Part shown: positions 28,656 to 37,017 of the stretch, one piece after another
Layout of the letters: each line of letters begins with the position of its first letter
Position numbering within the stretch: the stretch's first letter is position 1
NCBI GenBank assembly: GCA_025934835.1
Contig: JAICWL010000004.1
Coordinates: forward strand, 2,474-66,473
DNA from: Fimbriimonadaceae bacterium
GTDB lineage: Bacteria > Armatimonadota > Fimbriimonadia > Fimbriimonadales > Fimbriimonadaceae
Direction: 5' to 3'
DNA length: 64,000 nucleotides
Made by a program: the position numbers and the translations under genes
The notes under the pieces: generated by a model
The model's input: the letters and a program-made list of their open reading frames with translations, nothing else
Database searches by the model: none
Told to the model about the DNA's origin: nothing

Positions 28656-28659
28656 GACA

Positions 28660-28965
28660 ATGAAAGCAACCTGGCAACCATCCACCAAGCACGGTGAGCT
28701 CGACACCGACGACCGGAAATCACTTCCGGACAGTGCCTACGCGTTTCCGAAGCAGCGCAAAGAGCCAATGACCGACGCGTCGCACGTGCGAAATGCCATG
28801 GCAAGATTCGACCAGGTGGAAAACGTGTCCGACGCAGACCGAGATCAAGCCTGGGCCAACATCAAAAGGGCCGCCGAACATTACGGCATCGACATCGATG
28901 AGAGCGATTGGCATGATTTGGGCAAGCATGCGCACACGAAAAACCCTGCGCATAAACGGTCGTAA
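28660..28965 (+). CDS. small conserved protein (LPDSAYAFP...HVRNAMARF motif; resembles DUF6582 from memory)
   Basis: ATG at 28660, 4 nt after the upstream stop. The track's longer 28465 start overlaps the preceding gene and is rejected. Confidence 0.65.
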   Translation: MKATWQPSTKHGELDTDDRKSLPDSAYAFPKQRKEPMTDASHVRNAMARFDQVENVSDADRDQAWANIKRAAEHYGIDIDESDWHDLGKHAHTKNPAHKRS

Positions 28966-28967
28966 TC

Positions 28968-29285
28968 ATGGGATTCGACCAATATCATGAGCCTCCGAAC
29001 GAGCTTTCCGAGGAAGTTAGGACATTCGCGAGAATGATCCTTTCCCTAATCGAAGAGGCGCAAGCGATCGACTGGTACGAGCAGCGGATGTTCGTCGAGA
29101 AGGACCCTCAGGCACACGCGATCATGAAGAACGCGCAGCATGAGGAGTTCAAGCACTTCGGCATGGATCTGGAATTCTTGCTTCGCAAGAACCAGGCTTG
29201 GCGGGAAACGCTCCAAGGAATTCTGTTCAAGCCGGGCGACATCGTTCAGAAAGCCGACAAAGCTGAAGAAGCGTCGGAGGATTAA
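28968..29285 (+). CDS. encapsulated-ferritin-like (EncFtn family) ferritin-like protein
   Basis: YHEPPNELSEEVR...SLIEEAQAIDWYEQR...HEEFKH matches the EncFtn helix pair and its Glu/Glu-x-x-His iron ligands. Starts 2 nt after the upstream stop. Confidence 0.75.
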   Translation: MGFDQYHEPPNELSEEVRTFARMILSLIEEAQAIDWYEQRMFVEKDPQAHAIMKNAQHEEFKHFGMDLEFLLRKNQAWRETLQGILFKPGDIVQKADKAEEASED

Positions 29286-29401
29286 TCTTGAGTTCCCAGC
29301 GGGGAACAGTTGGGCATGCTCGAGTCAGATAACTCCGTTCCGGACCAGCGGCCTTCAGCACCGGCCGCCCTCCACCCGTCACACTTGATATAAGTAAGTC
29401 G

Positions 29402-30550
29402 ATGGCGGAGCGAATTTATCTCGACCATGCTGCCACCGCACCGGTGTTGCCCGCTGTCGCCGACCGGATGCGCGAGCTTCTGGCTGACAGCTTCGGCAAT
29501 CCGTCGAGCCTGCACGCTGAGGGCCGCAAAGCCCGGCAAGCCGTCGACGAAGCCAGGGAGATCGTAAGTTCGTCTTTGGGGTGTGAGTTTGCCGAAGTGG
29601 CTTTTACTTCGGGCGGCACGGAAGCCGCGAACCTCGCGATCCTCGGCCTTGCGCTCGCGCACCGTGGCGGTGAACGCGACCGGGTGCTCATGAGCGCCGC
29701 TGAGCATCACTGCGTGTTACAAACCGAGCCGCTGCTCACAGCTTTCGGATACCGCGTCGAACAAATTCCCGTCGACCGGGAGGCACGCGTCGACCTCCAG
29801 CAGTTCGAGGATTTGCTCTCCGAAGACGTGCTGTTGGTCAGCGTGATGCACGCAAACAACGAGCTTGGATCGATAAATCCTATCAACGAAATCGCCGAGC
29901 TTTGTGCGGCCCATGGAGCCGTGCTGCACACGGATGCCGTCCAAACGTTTCTGGGAACCGACTTGCCCTGGAAGGTAGCCGATCTCGGTGCCGATCTGGT
30001 ATCGGTTTCCGCACACAAGATTCATGGCCCCAAGGGCGTGGGCGCGCTCTATGTGCGTCCAGGGACCAAACTGAGTCCGCTAATCTCGGGCGGCGCACAG
30101 GAGCGGGAGCTGCGCGGAGGAACCGAGAATCTGGTGGGTATCGCCGGGTTCGGAGAAGCGGTCCGTCAACTGGCCGGGGGCTCGCACTCGTGCCAGCGCG
30201 AAGCTGCCGACACCTTCCGAGCGGCAATCGAAACCTTGGGCGCGATTTCCAGCGTCAGCAGAAATACTCCCACGCTCCCAGGCCATGTGCACGTGCGATT
30301 TCCCGAAATCGACGCCGAGACGATGCTGATCGTGCTGGATCGCCTCGGCGTGAGCGCCGGTAGCGGCGCCGCTTGCTCGTCGGGCAGCCTCGAGCCTAGC
30401 CATGTTCTTGTGGCATGCGGGTTCACACCCAGCCAAGCAAGGAAAGGCGTCCGCTTTACATTCGGCCGATTCTCCTGCATACAGGAAGCCGAAGAGGCGG
30501 CGGCTAGAGTCGCCGCCGCCTTGAGAGGGATCGAAGAGCGAAAAAGCTAG
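29402..30550 (+). CDS. cysteine desulfurase (NifS/IscS class V aminotransferase)
   Basis: PLP-lysine motif SVSAHKIHGPKG and catalytic loop GSGAACSSGS. Confidence 0.9.
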   Translation: MAERIYLDHAATAPVLPAVADRMRELLADSFGNPSSLHAEGRKARQAVDEAREIVSSSLGCEFAEVAFTSGGTEAANLAILGLALAHRGGERDRVLMSAAEHHCVLQTEPLLTAFGYRVEQIPVDREARVDLQQFEDLLSEDVLLVSVMHANNELGSINPINEIAELCAAHGAVLHTDAVQTFLGTDLPWKVADLGADLVSVSAHKIHGPKGVGALYVRPGTKLSPLISGGAQERELRGGTENLVGIAGFGEAVRQLAGGSHSCQREAADTFRAAIETLGAISSVSRNTPTLPGHVHVRFPEIDAETMLIVLDRLGVSAGSGAACSSGSLEPSHVLVACGFTPSQARKGVRFTFGRFSCIQEAEEAAARVAAALRGIEERKS

Positions 30551-30984
30551 CGTCGCCGCCTTCGAACCAAGAGCCCGACTCCGAGCGCGAGGGCTGCGAT
30601 CGAAGCGGGTTCCGGAACAACATGGATCGTGCCATGCATGCCGCCGGCAGTGCCGTTGCCGTTGTCGAACCCGTGCATCAAACAGTAATACTGAAAGTCG
30701 CCCACATGCGTGAATGTGTGAGTGAACGTGAAGTTCGGGTCCAGGTTGACGGTCGAGTTCCAGCTCTCGGCGATGCCGGCTACCGAAGTCGTGCTGTGGT
30801 CGATCGCGTCCCACACCCACTTGACGTCGTCACCGACGTTGATCGTCGGGTCGAAATGACCCTGTCCCGGGCCGGAAACGAAGTCGAAGTTAACGATATG
30901 GACCGTAACTTCTGCACCTTGAGAAGTGGCTGCCGCGCAGAGAACCAACGCGGGAAGCGCGAGTCGCAAAAAATGATAGCTCAT
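30547..30984 (-). CDS. PEP-CTERM-anchored cupredoxin (plastocyanin-like) protein
   Basis: Signal peptide, a YYCLMHG...GGMHG copper-ligand pattern, and C-terminal VPEPASIAALALGVGLLVRRRRR. Start set at MSYHFLRL (30984). Confidence 0.75.
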   Translation of the reverse strand: MSYHFLRLALPALVLCAAATSQGAEVTVHIVNFDFVSGPGQGHFDPTINVGDDVKWVWDAIDHSTTSVAGIAESWNSTVNLDPNFTFTHTFTHVGDFQYYCLMHGFDNGNGTAGGMHGTIHVVPEPASIAALALGVGLLVRRRRR

Positions 30985-31103
30985 CCAATCTCCTCCTTTT
31001 TGGCCCATGAGGAACCAAGCAGAAAGACGGGTGCAGTCGCCCGCCATACTACTAGTAGCGAAAGGAGGTCTTTTGGACAGGACCTTTTCGAAAACTGGTC
31101 AAA

Positions 31104-32297
31104 TTACCTGGCCAATCGGTCGCGGACCCGCTCGAAAGCCGCAAGCGCGGCCTCGAGGTCTTCGTGCGAGTGGGCCGCCGAAGGCATCGTGCGTATTCTC
31201 GCCTTGCCCTTTGCAACGGTGGGATAGACGATCGAAAGCGCGTAGACCCCCTCGTCCCACAGAGCCCGCTCCATCTCCTGCGCGGCTTTTTCATCACCGA
31301 CGTAAACCGGAGTGATCGGCGTCTCCGAACCCATCGTGTCGAACCCTGCTTCTTGCAGCGCTGACTTCCACCAGCGCGTATTCTCCCAAAGCCGTCTCAT
31401 CGGCTCTGGGTCCGTTTCCATGATGTCGAGCGCGGCGATTAGCGCGGCTGCGACCATCGGCGGATGCGCGGTGCTGAAAAGGTAGGGCCTCCCCCGGTTG
31501 ATTAGCCAATCCTTAAGAACTGCGGAGCCGGCGATGTAGCCGCCCACCACGCCGAGCGCTTTGCTAAGTGTTCCAAGCTGGATGTCTACGCGACCGTACA
31601 AATTGAAATGCGATGTGGTGCCCGCGCCATTCTTGCCGAGCACACCGCTGGCATGGGCATCGTCTACCATCACGAACGCGTTGTACTGCTCCGCAAGACG
31701 GACGATCTCGGGCAGGGGCGCAATGTCACCGTCCATCGAAAAGACGCCATCCGTGATGATCATTCGCTTCTGAAAGGACTGGGCGCCCTTGAGAATCTTC
31801 TCCAGGCCCTCCATGTCCTTGTGCGAATAAACGAACCCTTCCGACTTCTTGTACTTCGCGGCGCTCAGCCGGACGCCGTCGATGATCGACGCGTGGTTCA
31901 GCTCGTCCGAGATGATCACGTCTTTGTCAGTCACCACAGCGGGGATCGTTCCCGCGTTCGCGGTAAATCCGCTGGTGAACACAAGAACGGCCTCTACGTG
32001 CTTGAACTTCGCTAGGCGCTCTTCAAGCTCTTCGTGCACGCTCATCGTGCCGCCGATCCATCGCACGGCACCTGCGCCGACTCCCCACTTTTCGATGGCC
32101 GCCTCGGCCGCCTGGCGCACCTTCGGATGATTCGCGAGGCCCAGGTAGTTATTGCTCGAAAGGTTGATAACCTCCTTGCCGTTCATTCGGACGCGTCCTC
32201 CGGCGGGCGTCTCCAAGATCTTGGGAACCTTGTACAGGTTCTCAGCTTTGAGCTGCTCGATCTGATCGCCAAGCCATTTCTGCAAGGTGCCGTTCAC
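31104..32297 (-). CDS. kbl: glycine C-acetyltransferase (2-amino-3-ketobutyrate CoA ligase) / alpha-oxoamine synthase family
   Basis: [14 protein letters not shown] motif, a PLP-Lys region (GTLSKALG), and length typical of Kbl/BioF. Kbl is preferred on N-terminal similarity. Confidence 0.8.
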   Translation of the reverse strand: MNGTLQKWLGDQIEQLKAENLYKVPKILETPAGGRVRMNGKEVINLSSNNYLGLANHPKVRQAAEAAIEKWGVGAGAVRWIGGTMSVHEELEERLAKFKHVEAVLVFTSGFTANAGTIPAVVTDKDVIISDELNHASIIDGVRLSAAKYKKSEGFVYSHKDMEGLEKILKGAQSFQKRMIITDGVFSMDGDIAPLPEIVRLAEQYNAFVMVDDAHASGVLGKNGAGTTSHFNLYGRVDIQLGTLSKALGVVGGYIAGSAVLKDWLINRGRPYLFSTAHPPMVAAALIAALDIMETDPEPMRRLWENTRWWKSALQEAGFDTMGSETPITPVYVGDEKAAQEMERALWDEGVYALSIVYPTVAKGKARIRTMPSAAHSHEDLEAALAAFERVRDRLAR

Positions 32298-32353
32298 TGC
32301 CAGAGTTTACGCCCTGCGCGACGCCCAGCCGGCCACACGTAACATGCGGGACT

Positions 32354-33703
32354 TTGCTGATGCGCCGATGCGTTCGGCGTACAATCGAAACAGTGATCTT
32401 GCGATTATCCGCACTCGTGGCTTCAGTGGCTGGCTGCGTCATGATCGGGCTTAGCCCTGAGCCGGACCATTCCCGATCTGCGCCCAGTAAAGCGACGGTG
32501 AATTACGCCGAGCACGTCGCCTCGATCCTCAACGAGCACTGCGTCACTTGCCACCGACCCGGAGAGGTAGCCCCGTTTTCGCTTATAGGTTACGAAAACG
32601 CAAAGAAGTGGGCTCCTATGATCGGGCAGGTCACACAATCGCATCAAATGCCGCCATGGAAAGCGGTGCCAGGCTACGCCGATTTCAAAGATGCGAACAC
32701 GCTTGATCCGGTCGAAATCGAAACGCTGAAAAACTGGGCCGAGTCGACTCGCCCGGAAGGCGACCCCAAAAAGGCGCCGCCTGAGCCATCGTTTTCTAGC
32801 GATTGGACGCTGGGCAAGCCCGACATGATCGTGAGCCCTTCAAAGCCCTATCGGCTGAGTGCCGAGGGCCCAGACGTCTATCGCAATTTCGTGTTTCACA
32901 CGAACAATTCCCAGCCGATCTGGGTTCGGGCGATAGATGTAAAGCCCGGGAACAAGCGCATCGTCCACCATGTGATTGCGTTTGTCGATGGGGGCTCAGG
33001 CGCAGATGGCTGCCTCAAGAAATACGCTGACGGCCAAGAAGGGTACAGCGCCGAAATGGGAGGATTGGGTTTTCTCCCCCGATCGGCGCTTGGAGGGTGG
33101 GCTCCCGGCGTTCGAGCACGTTACGCCCCTGAAGGCGCAGCATTCCAAATTCCTCCTCATGGCACGCTGGTGATGCAGGTCCATTACCATAAGACCGGCA
33201 AACCAGAGGAAGATCAGACCAGGCTCGGCCTATACACTGGCCCGAAGCCGGAGCACGAGGTTGGGCTCAATTGGATCTTCCGGTTCGACCTCAACATTCC
33301 GGCTGGCGTCAAAAATTATCGGGTCCGCAAGGTTTACACCTATAAAAACGACACGGTGGTTTATGGCGCGATGCCCCACATGCACCTGCTCGGACGGAGT
33401 ATGAAATCCTGGTTCGAGTTTCCGGACGGTACCACCAAGCCGCTCGTGTTCGTTGACGATTGGGATTTTAACTGGCAGCTCATCTACTCTTTAAAGCAGC
33501 CGATTCGTGTACCTGCAGGCACGAAGGAGGTAGTCGAGGCTGTTTTCGACAACTCACTCGAAAACCCAAGGAACCCGAACAATCCTCCGAAAACAGTCCG
33601 CTTCGGTGAGCAGACTACGGACGAGATGTTTCTGCTGATTGTGCCTTACACGCTGGTCCGACCCGGAGAGCTCGATTCTCAGAATTGGCTGGCCGGGCCG
33701 TAG
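32354..33703 (+). CDS. secreted protein with an N-terminal CxxCH heme-binding module and a copper type II ascorbate-dependent monooxygenase-like domain
   Basis: CVTCHRPGEVAPFSL...MPPW module, then the histidine clusters HHVIAF, H..MQVHYH and MPHMHLLG. Confidence 0.7.
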   Translation: MLMRRCVRRTIETVILRLSALVASVAGCVMIGLSPEPDHSRSAPSKATVNYAEHVASILNEHCVTCHRPGEVAPFSLIGYENAKKWAPMIGQVTQSHQMPPWKAVPGYADFKDANTLDPVEIETLKNWAESTRPEGDPKKAPPEPSFSSDWTLGKPDMIVSPSKPYRLSAEGPDVYRNFVFHTNNSQPIWVRAIDVKPGNKRIVHHVIAFVDGGSGADGCLKKYADGQEGYSAEMGGLGFLPRSALGGWAPGVRARYAPEGAAFQIPPHGTLVMQVHYHKTGKPEEDQTRLGLYTGPKPEHEVGLNWIFRFDLNIPAGVKNYRVRKVYTYKNDTVVYGAMPHMHLLGRSMKSWFEFPDGTTKPLVFVDDWDFNWQLIYSLKQPIRVPAGTKEVVEAVFDNSLENPRNPNNPPKTVRFGEQTTDEMFLLIVPYTLVRPGELDSQNWLAGP

Positions 33704-33708
33704 GACGG

Positions 33709-35946
33709 TTACTTCGCCGAGCTGCGACCCATCAGCCGACTGATCGAAATAACGTCGGAGAAGTTGGAGATCTTCGTCATCACGTGCGACAGGTGCTGCG
33801 TGTCCGACACTTCGAGCGTGACCTCGATCTCCGCGGTGTGATTCTGCATCGTCCGGACGCGCGCCGCGGCAACGTCTGTCTTCGACTCGCCGAAGATGGT
33901 CGATATGTCCATCAGCAGGCCCATCCGGTTCACTGAAACGATCTTCAGGGCCACTGAATAAACCTGTCCATCCTTCGGCCAATCATAAGGAATCAGTCGA
34001 TCCGGTTCCGAAGCCAAATAATGCAGGGCGTTCGGGCATACCTTACGGTGAATCATGATGCCCCTGCCCCTCGTGACGTATCCGACCACGTCGTCGCCCG
34101 GAATCGGATTGCAGCACTTCGCCCGGTTGACGAGAACATTTTCGACGCCCTTCGTAACGAGCGTCATCTTCCCTTCCTTCGTCTTCGTGACCTCGATGCG
34201 GTCCGGCGACGGGAGCTCGCGGGGGTTGCCTCGCAGCTTGGAAACTACGCTCTGCGCGGAAATCAGGCCGGCGCCCAGCTTGGCGTAAATGTCCGTCGGC
34301 GTCTCGCAACCTTCCATGGTTTCGGCCAGCTTGGCCATGCGATCTTCACCGAGATAATCTCTCGGATCGAGCCGCAGCGTGCGCAGCTCGCGCTCGAGGA
34401 TCTCCTTGCCGCGCTGGGCATCCTCGCCCTTTGTCTGCTTCCGGAAGTAGGTCCGCAGTTTGGCGCGAGTATGCGCGGACTGCACGAACTGCAGCCAGTC
34501 GAGGCTGGGGTGCGCGTTCGAGCGCGTGTGCAGCTCGACCACGTCGCCGTTTTCGAGCCTCGTGCTGAGCGGGACGTGCGCCCCGTTGACCCGGGCATTT
34601 ACCAGCGTCATGCCAATCTGGCTATGCACTCGGAATGCGAAATCGACAGGAGTCGAGCCTTTAGGCAGGTCGATGACGTCGCCGCGCGGCGTGAAGACGA
34701 AAACCTGCTCGGAGAACAGGTCCGTGGACAGGGATCTCAGGAAGTCGCTGGACAGACGCGAGTCCGACGACCAGTCGAAAAGCTGCTCCCGAAGCTGTTT
34801 GAGCCTTTTCGTTTCGTCGAGAGATGCTTTGCCTTCCTTGTAAGTCCAGTGTGCCGCCACCCCGAATTCGGCCACTTGATGCATGGCCCGGGTGCGGATC
34901 TGCACTTCCAGCGGCTGCCCATTCGGCCCCATCACCTTCGTATGGAGAGACTGGTATCCGTTCGGCTTGGGCTTGGCAATGTAGTCGTAGAACAGAGCCG
35001 GGATCGGCTGAAACATCTCGTGAACAACTCCGAGCGCCAAGTAGCACTGAGGGATGTCCTCGACAATAATGCGCACCGCCAAGAGATCGTATATCTCGTC
35101 AAATGGCAGCTTCTGAGTGACCATCTTGTTGAAAATTGAGTACAGGTGCTTGGGCCGACCGCTCATCTCGATGATGGGCAGCCCGCGCTCCTCGAACTTC
35201 TGCTTCAGCGTTACGATGGCTTCCTGGAGCTCCTGCTCGCGCTGTTTGCGCGATTTGGCGACGAGATCGCTCACCCGTTGAAATTCAGCCGGATGTAGGT
35301 GCTTGAATGCGAGGTCCTCGAGTTGCCACTTGAGCTGCCAAATTCCCAGACGGGCGGCAAGCGGCGCGTAGATGTCCAGCGTCTCACGAGCGATCCGCGT
35401 GCGCTTCTCTGGCGGGAGCGCGTCGAGCGTTTGCATGTTGTGCAGCCGGTCGGCCAGCTTGATGACCATGACGCGGAAGTCCTGCGCCATCGCCAGGAGC
35501 ATCTTGCGCAGGCTTTCAGCGGCGCGGCTCGTCTCCGCAGCCGCGCGCTGCCTGTCTGTGATGTCGCCCAGCGGCTTGAACTTCAGCTTGGTGACGCCCT
35601 CGACGAGAGCCAGCACGTGCTCGCCGAATTCTGAGGCGATCCTTTCGGGGTTGATCTCTGAAGAATCCTCGAGCACGTCGTGCAGCAGCGCGGCCGCGAT
35701 CGTATCGTCGTCCATTTTCAGGTCGACAAGGATCCTGGTCACCGCGAGAGGATGGTGGATGAACGCCTCTCCAGAGCACCTGGATTGGCCCCGATGCGCC
35801 CACTCGGCGAGATAGTACGCGTAGCGGATTTTCCGGAGATTCGCGTTGTCGCGTTGGTCCCGGATTGCTTGGAGTAGCTCGTGCAGCTCCTCCGGCTCTT
35901 CCCAGTCGTGACTAATCTCGTACGGCGCAGCCATAGTCGGCGCCAA
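33709..35946 (-). CDS. rel: bifunctional (p)ppGpp synthetase/hydrolase (RelA/SpoT homolog)
   Basis: HD domain (HPLAV...LLHDVLED), synthetase domain (YIAKPKPNGYQSLHT), TGS and ACT regions. Confidence 0.95.
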   Translation of the reverse strand: MAPTMAAPYEISHDWEEPEELHELLQAIRDQRDNANLRKIRYAYYLAEWAHRGQSRCSGEAFIHHPLAVTRILVDLKMDDDTIAAALLHDVLEDSSEINPERIASEFGEHVLALVEGVTKLKFKPLGDITDRQRAAAETSRAAESLRKMLLAMAQDFRVMVIKLADRLHNMQTLDALPPEKRTRIARETLDIYAPLAARLGIWQLKWQLEDLAFKHLHPAEFQRVSDLVAKSRKQREQELQEAIVTLKQKFEERGLPIIEMSGRPKHLYSIFNKMVTQKLPFDEIYDLLAVRIIVEDIPQCYLALGVVHEMFQPIPALFYDYIAKPKPNGYQSLHTKVMGPNGQPLEVQIRTRAMHQVAEFGVAAHWTYKEGKASLDETKRLKQLREQLFDWSSDSRLSSDFLRSLSTDLFSEQVFVFTPRGDVIDLPKGSTPVDFAFRVHSQIGMTLVNARVNGAHVPLSTRLENGDVVELHTRSNAHPSLDWLQFVQSAHTRAKLRTYFRKQTKGEDAQRGKEILERELRTLRLDPRDYLGEDRMAKLAETMEGCETPTDIYAKLGAGLISAQSVVSKLRGNPRELPSPDRIEVTKTKEGKMTLVTKGVENVLVNRAKCCNPIPGDDVVGYVTRGRGIMIHRKVCPNALHYLASEPDRLIPYDWPKDGQVYSVALKIVSVNRMGLLMDISTIFGESKTDVAAARVRTMQNHTAEIEVTLEVSDTQHLSHVMTKISNFSDVISISRLMGRSSAK

Positions 35947-36015
35947 GCGGGACCCAAACTTCGATGGTTGGATCGTGCGGCGGTCTCTTCAGTATATTGT
36001 TATCGGTCGACCTTT

Positions 36016-36765
36016 CTAGCTAAGACGAATATCTGCGGCAAGCCGCCTCGCTTTCAGAAGTCGGCGAACCTGCTCTGCCTGTTCGGGCGTATCTACTGCC
36101 TGCTCGCTGCCTTGGCCGAGCGCCATGTAAATGCCGACCCTATGCTCCAGGAACCTTAGCTGCTCGAGCCCTTCGGTTTTCTCGAGCTCGGTCGGCTGCC
36201 ATTTGGCAAATGAGAGCAGCGTCTTCTTTCTATACGCATAGATTCCCACATGTTTTTTCGCCGGCTCGCTGGAAGGGTTTCGTCGAAACGGGATGGGGCA
36301 CCGGCTGAAATACATCGCAAAGCTTTGGTCGTCAGTCACAACTTTGACCACGGCCGGATTCTCGATCTGTTCGTCCGGGCACGGCGCGTAGACGCTGCCC
36401 ATCTGGATTTCGGCATCTCGCAGCAATGGCTCGGCGCAGGCGCAAATCGTTTCCGGACGAACGAGGGGCTCATCTCCCTGCACATTCACGTACACATCTG
36501 CATCGACGCTTTCGGCAACCTCCGCAATTCGGTCGGTGCCGCTGGGGTGATCGAGCCGCGTACGCACCGCATCGATCGCCGCCGACTTGCAAACATCCAG
36601 GATCTCTTGGTCCGGAGTGGCCACGACGACGCAATCGGATATGCCCGATTCTTTCGCAGCTTCCGCTACCCATTGGATCATGGGCCGGCCATCTAGATCG
36701 CAAAGCGGTTTGCCGGGAAATCTCGTGCTCGCCATTCGGGCAGGGATCACGACGCAGCATCGCAT
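36016..36765 (-). CDS. kdsB: 3-deoxy-manno-octulosonate cytidylyltransferase (CMP-KDO synthetase)
   Basis: VIPARMASTRFPGKPL, VNVQGDEP and LEQLRFLE motifs. Confidence 0.9.
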   Translation of the reverse strand: MRCCVVIPARMASTRFPGKPLCDLDGRPMIQWVAEAAKESGISDCVVVATPDQEILDVCKSAAIDAVRTRLDHPSGTDRIAEVAESVDADVYVNVQGDEPLVRPETICACAEPLLRDAEIQMGSVYAPCPDEQIENPAVVKVVTDDQSFAMYFSRCPIPFRRNPSSEPAKKHVGIYAYRKKTLLSFAKWQPTELEKTEGLEQLRFLEHRVGIYMALGQGSEQAVDTPEQAEQVRRLLKARRLAADIRLS

Positions 36766-36799
36766 GCCCTCAAACTACCTCGCTCGGCTTGCCCGATGC

Positions 36800-36842
36800 G
36801 CAGACAAGAACAAAGCCCCCGCGGGTTAGCGCAAGGGGCTTT
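36800..36842 (-). terminator. intrinsic terminator-like hairpin upstream of kdsB
   Basis: On the minus strand: AAAGCCCC-ttgcgctaacccgcg-GGGGCTTT followed by GTTCTTGTCT. Confidence 0.55.
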
Positions 36843-37017
36843 GGGTTATTCTTCCAGGGAGGGTGGGTTCATGACGAACCGCCTCCTACAAGGTTGCGGA
36901 TCTGCTAAAACCCACAACCTCCCTGGTGCATATGTTCACTGCTTATCATCGTTCGTGCACCACCTCCTCGTTTACAGAGTAACTGGTACTACTCCCGAAC
37001 GACCCGATTTGTTCGCA

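Noticed and set aside
28465-28659. The 5' extension of the 166-aa ORF call for the small conserved protein, and similar long 5' extensions of glmU (to 5225), the isomerase (from 4908), greA (to 38286), P-II (to 51654), the PEP-CTERM protein (to 31047) and ccmA (from 59680).
   Set aside because: The extensions overlap neighbouring real genes and have Arg/Ser/Pro-rich junk composition. Internal starts reproduce the canonical family N-termini.
28660-30550. An encapsulin nanocompartment operon (shell plus EncFtn plus desulfurase cargo).
   Set aside because: There is no ORF with an HK97-fold/encapsulin-like sequence in the cluster or elsewhere in the window. The EncFtn-like protein lacks a recognisable C-terminal loading peptide. 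I reported it as an orphan instead.
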